DNA of 20,000 bases from an uncultured virus (IMG/VR IMGVR_UViG_3300029319_005559) (taxonomy: Duplodnaviria > Heunggongvirae > Uroviricota > Caudoviricetes). The notes beneath the pieces are model-generated. The model had not been told where the DNA came from. It ran no database searches and saw only the letters and a list, made by a program, of their open reading frames with translations. Location: the IMG/VR virus record IMGVR_UViG_3300029319_005559. One strand, 5' to 3'. Shown piece after piece: positions 12,523 through 20,000 of the stretch (within the stretch, counting starts at the first letter, position 1; every line of letters begins with the position of its first letter). The position numbers were made by a program, and so were the translations under genes.

Positions 12523-13250
12523 CAACAGGTCAAATCATAGATAAATTAAGAGAAGATGAACATTACTATGGCGAATTTGGCTCTAAATTTCTCAGCAACA
12601 GTGATATCAAAACATTACTCAAGAATCCGCTGGGACTTAGAGAACCAAGTAAGACAACAGTACCCTTCCTAGTAGGCGGCTACTTTCATACTGCTATACT
12701 TGAACCAGATAAGTTGAAAAACTTTAAGGTTGTACAAGCTAGCACTAGAAATACTAAAGCTTACAAAGAAATATCTAATGGTGAATTATGTTTGTTAGAA
12801 CATGAGGTTGATATGATTGAAACTCTTGTAGATAAGATTATGCAAAACAATGTATGTAGAGATCTTATACATGGTGACAATATAGATCATGAAGAACCAA
12901 GCATAACAGAATTATGTGGATTACAATGGAAAGGTAAAGCTGACATAGTTAATCATAATGAAAAGCTTATAATAGATTTAAAGACAACTAATGATTTAGA
13001 CGGCTTTAGATGGAACTCTAAGAAATATAATTATGATAGTCAAGCTTACATATACAAAGAGTTATTTGGTTATGAATTTGTATTCATAGCAATAGATAAA
13101 AATGACGGGCGTATAGGTTTGTTTGACTGCTCATCAGACTTTTATTTGTCTGGAAAAAACAAAGTCGAAAAAGCTGCTGAAGCTTACGACTTATTTTACA
13201 ACACGGAGGAGTTTGATCCTCAGCAATATTTTATAAACCAAACATTATAA
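12519..13250 (+). CDS. PD-(D/E)XK exonuclease (RecE C-terminal / DUF3799-like)
   Basis: LSNSDIK, GGYFHTAILEP, KGKAD, IIDLKTT, YNYDSQAYIY. Confidence 0.85.
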   Translation: MTTGQIIDKLREDEHYYGEFGSKFLSNSDIKTLLKNPLGLREPSKTTVPFLVGGYFHTAILEPDKLKNFKVVQASTRNTKAYKEISNGELCLLEHEVDMIETLVDKIMQNNVCRDLIHGDNIDHEEPSITELCGLQWKGKADIVNHNEKLIIDLKTTNDLDGFRWNSKKYNYDSQAYIYKELFGYEFVFIAIDKNDGRIGLFDCSSDFYLSGKNKVEKAAEAYDLFYNTEEFDPQQYFINQTL

Positions 13251-13252
13251 CA

Positions 13253-13564
13253 ATGGCAGGAATAATAAAGGCTAGTATCAATTTAAATGCAATTGATAAA
13301 AGTAAGATAATAGAAGGTAAAAAAGGTAAATACTTGCCCATTACAATAACAGTTAATGATGAACCAGATCAGTTCGGTAATCAAGGACCTGTTTGTGTAG
13401 AACAAAGTAAGGAAGAAAGAGAAGCTAAAGTTCCAAAGACTTACTTAGGCAACGTTAAAGTTGTATGGACAAACGGTACGTTTCCCGAGAGAGTACCATA
13501 TGAAGGTGGAGCACCACAAGCAAAACCACAAACACAAAAAGTAGAAGAAGATCTACCATTTTAA
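13253..13564 (+). CDS. Putative single-stranded DNA-binding protein
   Basis: Beta-rich body, flexible linker and acidic-aromatic tail EEDLPF; sits between the recombination and primase genes. Confidence 0.65.
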   Translation: MAGIIKASINLNAIDKSKIIEGKKGKYLPITITVNDEPDQFGNQGPVCVEQSKEEREAKVPKTYLGNVKVVWTNGTFPERVPYEGGAPQAKPQTQKVEEDLPF

Positions 13565-13577
13565 TTAAATAAAATAA

Positions 13578-15302
13578 ATGCAAGTCGAAGAAATAGAAAT
13601 AAATGGTTTTCAAATAGACCAATTTAATCAGCACGGCTTAGACGTAGGTAAATCGCAGGGGACTTGTCCCCTGTGTTCTTCTTCTAGGAAACCTGAGAAT
13701 AGAAAAGCAAAGTGTGCTAGCTATGATTGGGAACGTGGTCTTGGTACTTGCCATAACTGTGATAGTACTTTTCAACTACACACATACAAACGTAAAGGTA
13801 AAGCTGAACGTGAGTATGTTATACCACCTGAGCTTAATTCTCAGAAAATTAGTAATAAGCCAAAAGACAAAACATTAGATTGGTTTAAAACTAGAGGTAT
13901 ATCTAAAGATACGTTAGATGAACTAAAAGTTAGTGTAGGTAAAGAATATATGCCACAGACCGGTAAAACCGAGAATACTATTCAGTTCAACTATTATGTT
14001 GGTGGACAACTTACTAATATAAAATACCGTGATGCGCGTAAAAACTTTAAGTTATATAAAGGCGCTGAAAAAGTATTTTATAACATAGATAACATTGTAG
14101 GTCACGATACTTGTATTATAGTTGAAGGCGAAATGGATGTGTTAGCTTTACATGAAGCTAATATACCTAACGCTATATCAGTACCTAATGGTGCTACATT
14201 AAACAGTAACAACTTAGATTATTTAGATAATTGCATTGACTACTTTGAAGATAAGAAAAAGATAATCATTGCAGTTGATAATGATCCACCAGGTCAAGCG
14301 CTACAAGCAGAACTTGTACGTAGACTAGGTGCTGAAACCTGTTACTTAGCTACATTTGATGATTGTAAAGATGCTAATGAGTATCTATTAAAGTACTCAG
14401 CTAAAGAGCTATTGTCACGTATAACAAATGCAAAACCAGTACCTCTTGAAAATGTTACAACGTTTAGAGATATTGAAGATGAGGTTACTGACTTTGTACG
14501 TAATGGTTTTAAGAAAGGTTTTCAAATAGGTTTATCTAACTTTGACAACATATTCTCTACATACACAGGACAATTTATAACAGTAACTGGTATACCTAGT
14601 TCAGGTAAATCGGACTTTGTAGATCAAATGGTTGTAGGTTATAATAAAGAGTATGGTTGGAAAACAGCATTTGCTTCACCTGAAAATGCTCCTACATATT
14701 TACACGCACATAAGTTAATGCGTAAAGTATGGGGTGACATGCCTAACAAAGGCGATATCGGCGGTGACAAATGGAATAAAGTTGCAGATCATGTTAACAA
14801 CAACTTTTTCTTTATTGATATGGAACGTTATACACTTGAGTCTGTACTACGTAAGGGTGCAGAGCTTGTAAAGCGTAAAGGTATTAAATGCCTTGTTATA
14901 GATCCATTTAATAAAGTTAGAGATGTTGACTGCTCTACTGAAGATGTAAACCGTTACACAATGGAATACTTAACAAAGATAGAAACGTTTGCAAAGAAAT
15001 ATGATGTGTTAGTATTTATAGTGGCTCATCCAACTAAAATGTATAAAAACAGTGAAGGCCAAATTGAAGAGCCTACAATGTACAATATTAAAGGTGGTGG
15101 TGAATGGTACGATGCTAGTTATCATGGCTTGTTAGTACATAGAGACTATGAAGCTAAAACAACAAAGGTTAAAGTTCTTAAAGTTAAGTTTCAAAACTTA
15201 GGTGAGAACGGAGCCGAAGCTTTCTTTACATGGGAACCTAGATCAGGTTGCTTTGTACCTCATGTCATGCCTGACTTAGAGGAAAAGATGCCATGGGAAT
15301 AA
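13578..15302 (+). CDS. Bifunctional primase-helicase (T7 gp4/Twinkle-like)
   Basis: Zn finger CPLC...CHNC; TOPRIM IVEGEMD and AVDND; DCKDANE; Walker A TGIPSSGKS; Walker B LVIDP; VAHP; KVKF. Confidence 0.95.
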   Translation: MQVEEIEINGFQIDQFNQHGLDVGKSQGTCPLCSSSRKPENRKAKCASYDWERGLGTCHNCDSTFQLHTYKRKGKAEREYVIPPELNSQKISNKPKDKTLDWFKTRGISKDTLDELKVSVGKEYMPQTGKTENTIQFNYYVGGQLTNIKYRDARKNFKLYKGAEKVFYNIDNIVGHDTCIIVEGEMDVLALHEANIPNAISVPNGATLNSNNLDYLDNCIDYFEDKKKIIIAVDNDPPGQALQAELVRRLGAETCYLATFDDCKDANEYLLKYSAKELLSRITNAKPVPLENVTTFRDIEDEVTDFVRNGFKKGFQIGLSNFDNIFSTYTGQFITVTGIPSSGKSDFVDQMVVGYNKEYGWKTAFASPENAPTYLHAHKLMRKVWGDMPNKGDIGGDKWNKVADHVNNNFFFIDMERYTLESVLRKGAELVKRKGIKCLVIDPFNKVRDVDCSTEDVNRYTMEYLTKIETFAKKYDVLVFIVAHPTKMYKNSEGQIEEPTMYNIKGGGEWYDASYHGLLVHRDYEAKTTKVKVLKVKFQNLGENGAEAFFTWEPRSGCFVPHVMPDLEEKMPWE

Positions 15303-15553
15303 AAAAGAAAGTAGAATGGAAAGCGCCATACTGGAGTAAATCAAATAGACAAGCTTATGTTTGGTGTGTTAACCATGGAATTAAAATATACGCCGTGCCT
15401 TGTTCACCAGGTTTTGAAAATAAAAACTGTTGGATAGAAGTTCAGGCAAACGGTAGAAAACAACGTAGTCCTAAGACGTATGGACCAAGTGAACTATGGG
15501 ATAAAGTCTTAGAGTTATATAAATTTTATTATGATAAAAACGTGGATAAATAA
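15293..15553 (+). CDS. Hypothetical protein (86 aa)
   Basis: ORF track; overlaps both neighbours. Confidence 0.75.
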   Translation: MGIKKKVEWKAPYWSKSNRQAYVWCVNHGIKIYAVPCSPGFENKNCWIEVQANGRKQRSPKTYGPSELWDKVLELYKFYYDKNVDK

Positions 15554-16238
15554 ATTTAGAAATGCAGACTATGCTTTTGATTATTGGTATCAAACAATAG
15601 AAAGATATGGCATAGACTTTGCAGGTACTAAAGCTTTATTTAATATTGGATTTGAAATGACACATCCAATGGAAAGATCTATATCATCTGAATACAGAGG
15701 TTGGCGGCAAGACTATGCGTTTGCGGAGTGGGAATGGTATTTATCAGGTGATCGTAACATTAAAAAGCTAGGTGAATTATATGGTAAAGTTCCTGAAATA
15801 TGGAAATATATGGCAGATGATCACGGTAATGTTAACTCTAATTATGGTTGGCAGTGGAATAGAATGTATCAACTAGATTATGTTATAGACAGATTAAAAT
15901 CTGATAAAGATACAAGACAAGCTACAATATCTATTTACGATGGTAAAGAACATCCTTTGTATCATAAAGATACACCATGCACATACGCAATACAATTCAC
16001 AGTTGTAGATGATAGATTACATATGTGCGTCACGATGCGATCTAATGATCTCTGGTACGGTTTCTGCAATGATCAATACTGTTTTAGTCAACTGCAAGAA
16101 CTGGTTGCATCAGAGACAGATTATGAAATAGGTTCATACTTTCATTTTGCACATAACCTACATTTATATGAAAGAGATTTAGGTAAGTTTAAAAGACCAG
16201 ATAACATCGCACAACGTAAAGCAGATCACTATGGATAA
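15531..16238 (+). CDS. Thymidylate synthase-superfamily enzyme, T4 gp42 dCMP hydroxymethylase-like
   Basis: EWEWY, IW..MA...G.VNSNYGW, DTRQA, catalytic PCT, and MRSNDLWYGFCND with Asp at the ThyA Asn177 position; HNLHLY. Confidence 0.85.
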   Translation: MIKTWINKFRNADYAFDYWYQTIERYGIDFAGTKALFNIGFEMTHPMERSISSEYRGWRQDYAFAEWEWYLSGDRNIKKLGELYGKVPEIWKYMADDHGNVNSNYGWQWNRMYQLDYVIDRLKSDKDTRQATISIYDGKEHPLYHKDTPCTYAIQFTVVDDRLHMCVTMRSNDLWYGFCNDQYCFSQLQELVASETDYEIGSYFHFAHNLHLYERDLGKFKRPDNIAQRKADHYG

Positions 16239-17055
16239 TTTAACATATTATTTGTATCACATACCAGGTAAAAAGATAGGTGTTACACGTGATCTTAATA
16301 ACAGAGTTACACAACAACAGGGTTATAGCCCAGACGAATACGAAGTTCTAGATCAAAGCACAGACATCGATTATATATCGAGCCGCGAGTTAGAACTTCA
16401 AAAGTCTTATGGCTATAGGGTAGACCACAAACCTTATAAACAATTATTTAAAATGAAGATAAACGCAACAGAACAAACCAGCACATTTCCAGTTCCATTA
16501 AACAAGTTAAAAGGTAGATTAATGGATGAAATTGGTAGATCATGGGAAACAATACATGGCAAGTTTGAATTAACTAAAGATACGATTAAATGGATTGTAG
16601 ATAATGCTAAGACATCTATGTATAGTGAAAACAGATCTTATATATACAATAAAGCATTTTATGAAGAGTTCTTAAATGAAGCTAAGAAAGAAGCTAAATT
16701 GTTTTATGATCAACTTAAAGAAAGAGTTAACAATAATAATGGTAAAACAGAGTTTCACACTGAAAATAGATTTGATCTTATAAGAAAATGGGCTACTGAA
16801 AGAGGATTATATAAAGGCGGTGATACTAAAACTCAGTTCGCTAAACTAGTAGAAGAAACTGGTGAATTAGCTCAAGCTATACTTAAAAAAGATGATGCAG
16901 AGTTTGCAGATGCTATCGGTGATATGGTAGTTGTATTAACTAACCTAGCTCATTTAGGTGGAACAACTATTGAGCAATGTATAGATCAAGCTTACAATGA
17001 GATTAAAAACCGTAAAGGTAAAATGTCTAATGGAACATTCGTTAAAAATGACTAA
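16231..17055 (+). CDS. Fusion of an N-terminal GIY-YIG-like domain, a central domain and a C-terminal MazG-like NTP pyrophosphohydrolase
   Basis: N-terminus: YYLYHIPGKKIGVT.DLNNR...RELELQ. C-terminus: WATERGL...KLVEETGELA...DAIGDMVVVL...AYNEIKNRKG. Confidence 0.8.
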   Translation: MDNLTYYLYHIPGKKIGVTRDLNNRVTQQQGYSPDEYEVLDQSTDIDYISSRELELQKSYGYRVDHKPYKQLFKMKINATEQTSTFPVPLNKLKGRLMDEIGRSWETIHGKFELTKDTIKWIVDNAKTSMYSENRSYIYNKAFYEEFLNEAKKEAKLFYDQLKERVNNNNGKTEFHTENRFDLIRKWATERGLYKGGDTKTQFAKLVEETGELAQAILKKDDAEFADAIGDMVVVLTNLAHLGGTTIEQCIDQAYNEIKNRKGKMSNGTFVKND

Positions 17056-17335
17056 GAAAGAAATAAAATTTAGAGATCCTGTAGTTGAAAGAGTTGTAGA
17101 TAAGTTTGTTACAAGATCAGATGTTGGCTATAAAAAATATGGACAAACATTAGACAACGAACGTAAAACAAAAGTTAAAGATCTTTCTGATTATTTAAAT
17201 GATATACAAGAAGAATTAATGGATGCAATACTTTATATTCAAGCTGCACGTGAAGAGTTGGCTGAAGCTAAAGATCGTGTATACGATAATAAGTTAAATG
17301 GTTTACCATATTATGTCTCGGACATTGCGTCGTAA
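17048..17335 (+). CDS. All-alpha nucleotide pyrophosphatase-like protein (95 aa; start moved to ATG 17048)
   Basis: RSDVGYKKYGQTLD...LNDIQEELMDAILY, an EExxD metal-binding pattern. Confidence 0.65.
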   Translation: MTKKEIKFRDPVVERVVDKFVTRSDVGYKKYGQTLDNERKTKVKDLSDYLNDIQEELMDAILYIQAAREELAEAKDRVYDNKLNGLPYYVSDIAS

Positions 17336-17762
17336 ACGTGGTCCGGTTAGATCTAAAAAAGTAACTTACGATGGTATAACCTTTCAATCAGGATTAGAAA
17401 AGTATATGTACATAGCTTTAAAGAAAGCTAAGATCAAAGCTAAATATGAGGGACAATCTTACGAGCTTGTCCCTTCTTTTTCCTTTAAAAATAAATCATA
17501 TGAAAGACAAGCAAATTCAAAAGGAGAATTTAAAGAAAGAGGTGGAAAGAAAATTAGAGCTATTACGTATACACCAGACTTTATTGGAGACGGATTTATC
17601 ATCGAGTGTAAAGGAAGACCTAACGAATCATTTCCAATACGTTGGAAACTATTTAAACGTTTGGTATCTATACATTATCCGAAAGTTACGATCTATAAAC
17701 CTCAAAATCAAAAAGAATGCGACGAAACCGTGAGCTTAATACTTGGGAAAAGAAAGACTTAG
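17313..17762 (+). CDS. T7 endonuclease I-like PD-(D/E)XK nuclease (junction resolvase-like)
   Basis: FQSGLE, YTPDF, IIECKG; start probably ATG 17313. Confidence 0.8.
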   Translation: MSRTLRRKRGPVRSKKVTYDGITFQSGLEKYMYIALKKAKIKAKYEGQSYELVPSFSFKNKSYERQANSKGEFKERGGKKIRAITYTPDFIGDGFIIECKGRPNESFPIRWKLFKRLVSIHYPKVTIYKPQNQKECDETVSLILGKRKT

Positions 17763-17878
17763 CCAGACGTAAATATGCTGAGCGACAACTTGAAAAGTTT
17801 ATTAAATGGAGTATTGAATCTAAAGGATATTTAAAATACAAAGACTTAATAGAATACAGTAACAAATATAAAATATGA
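17717..17878 (+). CDS. Small basic protein (53 aa)
   Basis: MRRNRELNTWEKKDLARRKYAERQLEKFIKWSIESKGYLKYKDLIEYSNKYKI*; stop overlaps ATG 17875. Confidence 0.55.
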   Translation: MRRNRELNTWEKKDLARRKYAERQLEKFIKWSIESKGYLKYKDLIEYSNKYKI

Positions 17879-18543
17879 AACCTACTATAATAATTCCATC
17901 TTATAACTTTAAAAAAGGATTAGACTGGAACTTAAATTTTATAGACATTTGCTATGATATTTTGTTTAAAGATTTTTATTGTATAGTTGTAGATAATATG
18001 TCTGAAGAAGTAGAAGATATATTTGAATTAACAGAACAGTTTGATTGGTGTGATTTTAAAATAAATAAAACAAAAGGTTCTTTAAAAAACTCTTTATTAA
18101 TAGGATATGAATATGCTAAAGCAAATAACTCAGATGCTATACAAATTATAGAAACAGATGCGGTTATGAATTTAAATTCATTAAAAGCAATGATTAATAT
18201 TTTTGAAGAAGAAAAAGAAAATAACTTAGCTTCAGTCACTCCAATGTATAAATGGAATAATAAGTATTGTTATCCAACACATAAGCATTGGCATACAGAT
18301 CCTATATACAAGCAACATGATAAATACGGTTTGATTAGAGAGACAGCAGCAGGAGTTCCTTTTCTTTGTTCATTTTGGAATATAGATATGTTTAAATATA
18401 TGCCTGAAGTTTCTAAAGAGTTTATGAGTTGTGATGGAGAGTTTGGCCAATTAGTTTACAAAAAAGGATTTAAACATTTAAGAGCTTGTGATCATGACAT
18501 ACAGCATTATATGAGAGGTAAAAATAGTAATAATATTTTTTAA
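17875..18543 (+). CDS. GT-A fold (GT2-like) glycosyltransferase
   Basis: TIIIPSYN, IVVDNMS, GYEYA, IIETDA (DxD-equivalent ExD), late CDGEF and H.I.H. Confidence 0.75.
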   Translation: MKPTIIIPSYNFKKGLDWNLNFIDICYDILFKDFYCIVVDNMSEEVEDIFELTEQFDWCDFKINKTKGSLKNSLLIGYEYAKANNSDAIQIIETDAVMNLNSLKAMINIFEEEKENNLASVTPMYKWNNKYCYPTHKHWHTDPIYKQHDKYGLIRETAAGVPFLCSFWNIDMFKYMPEVSKEFMSCDGEFGQLVYKKGFKHLRACDHDIQHYMRGKNSNNIF

Positions 18544-18761
18544 TGAAAGAGTCAACATTATTAGAAATGAAAAAGAAAATTGAATCACTAACTAATGTGG
18601 TTCAAGCATTGATAAATGAAACAAATAACTTAAGAACATTATCAATGGGTACATTACAAACAATAAAGCTTATGCCTGATTACGAGGAAGCTTTAGGTAA
18701 ATTAAAAGAACAATTAAAAAAAGAGGAAGCAAATGGAGTTGTCAAACAAGATTCTAAGTGA
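18543..18761 (+). CDS. Small coiled-coil hypothetical protein (72 aa)
   Basis: ORF track; TAATG coupling to the upstream gene. Confidence 0.75.
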   Translation: MKESTLLEMKKKIESLTNVVQALINETNNLRTLSMGTLQTIKLMPDYEEALGKLKEQLKKEEANGVVKQDSK

Positions 18762-19998
18762 TATAACCGTTTATATGAAGTACGCCAAGTACATACCAGA
18801 AAATAACCGAAGAGAAACTTGGGAAGAACTTGTGACGCGTAATAAAAATATGCATATCAAGAAATACCCAGAACTTACTGATCAAATAGAAAAAGCTTAT
18901 GAACTTGTCTACGATAAAAAAGTTTTACCGTCTATGCGTTCGCTACAATTTGGTGGCAAACCTATTGAAATATCTCCTAATCGCGTATACAATTGTGCGT
19001 ATCTACCAATCGACGACCCTGAATCGTTTAATGAAATCATGTTTCTTTTACTTGGAGGGACAGGCGTAGGTTACTCAGTACAACATCATCATGTTGCTAA
19101 GTTACCTCCTGTTAACAAACCATATACAAAAAGAACTAGAAGATTTTTAATTGGTGATAGTATTGAAGGTTGGGCAGATGCTATTAAAGTGTTAATGAAG
19201 TCTTATATGGGTGAAAGACGATCAAGTAAAGTTGTGTTTGATTACTCAGACATAAGAGCTAAAGGAGCTTTATTAGTTACATCAGGCGGTAAAGCACCAG
19301 GACCTCAACCATTAAAAGAATGCATAGTAAAAATAACAGGAATACTAGACAACAAAGAAGACGGAGATCAACTTACGACTTTGGAAACGCACGACATAGT
19401 GTGTCATATAGCAGATGCAGTATTAGCAGGTGGAATAAGACGAGCAGCATTAATAAGTTTGTTCTCGGCGGATGACGATGCAATGATTGGTTGTAAGTCA
19501 GGTCATTGGTGGGAAGAAGCACCACAACGTGGTAGAGCTAATAACTCTGCTGTACTTATGAGACATAAAATTACCAAAGACTTTTTTATGGATCTTTGGA
19601 AACGTGTAGAGCTATCAGGCGCAGGTGAACCTGGTATTTATCTTAATAATGATAAAGACTGGGGTACAAATCCTTGTTGTGAAATAGCTTTACGACCATA
19701 CCAGTTTTGTAATCTATGTGAGGTAAACGCTAGTGATATTGAATCACAAGAAGACTTTAACAACAGGGTTAAAATTGCTTCATTTATAGGTACATTACAA
19801 GCTGGATATACAGATTTTCATTATTTAAGAGACATATGGAGAGAGACAACAGAAAAAGACGCATTGATTGGGGTCAGTATGACGGGCATAGGATCAGGCA
19901 CAGTTCTAGGTTACGATCTGAAGAAAGCAGCAAGCGTAGTAAAAAGAGAAAACACAAGGGTAGCAAAACTGATTGGGATTAATCCAGCAGCTAGATGT
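18733..19998 (+). CDS. nrdJ: Class II (adenosylcobalamin-dependent) ribonucleotide reductase, 3'-truncated by the window edge
   Basis: My translation from ATG 18733: MELSNKILSDITVYMKYAKY...RRETW...LPSMRSLQFGG...YNCAY...GGTGVGYS...SGGKAPGP...AGGIRRAALISL...RANNS...GEPG...GTNPCCEI...FCNLCEVN; open to the end. Confidence 0.92.
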   Translation, partial: MELSNKILSDITVYMKYAKYIPENNRRETWEELVTRNKNMHIKKYPELTDQIEKAYELVYDKKVLPSMRSLQFGGKPIEISPNRVYNCAYLPIDDPESFNEIMFLLLGGTGVGYSVQHHHVAKLPPVNKPYTKRTRRFLIGDSIEGWADAIKVLMKSYMGERRSSKVVFDYSDIRAKGALLVTSGGKAPGPQPLKECIVKITGILDNKEDGDQLTTLETHDIVCHIADAVLAGGIRRAALISLFSADDDAMIGCKSGHWWEEAPQRGRANNSAVLMRHKITKDFFMDLWKRVELSGAGEPGIYLNNDKDWGTNPCCEIALRPYQFCNLCEVNASDIESQEDFNNRVKIASFIGTLQAGYTDFHYLRDIWRETTEKDALIGVSMTGIGSGTVLGYDLKKAASVVKRENTRVAKLIGINPAARC

Positions 19999-20000
19999 AG

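Noticed and set aside
15531..16238. Annotation as ordinary thyA
   Set aside because: It has Asp instead of Asn at the specificity position, and its MRSND/PCT motifs match the dCMP-modifying branch better.
5575..18239. Minus-strand ORFs at 5575, 7219, 7428, 8165, 10772, 11310 and 17976, and nested plus-strand ORFs at 4977 and 17446
   Set aside because: All lie within better-supported plus-strand genes and show no recognisable motifs.
1..20000. Stop-codon reassignment, introns or inteins
   Set aside because: Genes pack tightly under the standard bacterial code. The ligase, primase-helicase and visible part of the RNR are uninterrupted and of normal length.

Overview
AT-rich dsDNA bacteriophage genome segment. 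The host is most likely Bacteroidota/Flavobacteriia, inferred from the absence of Shine-Dalgarno motifs and the A-rich start contexts. The left end (1-1078) is the start of a leftward arm encoding a long coiled-coil protein. After a divergent control region (about 1080-1400) the window reads rightward. First comes an early region of many small genes punctuated by eight copies of a 32-bp promoter-like motif and two GC-rich structured-RNA islands (4662-4883, with two tRNA-like elements, and 7722-7999, with a tandem repeated stem motif). Next are an ATP-dependent DNA ligase, a DenV-like glycosylase, an HTH protein and a sigma-70-family factor. A replication/recombination block follows (ERF, PD-(D/E)XK exonuclease, SSB-like protein, primase-helicase). 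Last is a nucleotide-metabolism block: a T4 gp42-like dCMP-modifying thymidylate synthase homologue, a GIY-YIG-like/MazG fusion, a second pyrophosphatase-like protein, an endonuclease I-like protein, a GT-A glycosyltransferase and a class II ribonucleotide reductase running off the right end. Main leads: a probable modified-cytosine DNA system; non-canonical tRNA-like RNAs, one with the alanine G3-U70/A73 identity set but no anticodon arm; two promoter classes sharing one spacing scaffold; and a three-copy spaced inverted repeat, one copy of which covers the start codon of the HTH gene. All family assignments come from recognising motifs by eye; no searches or folding programs were run.
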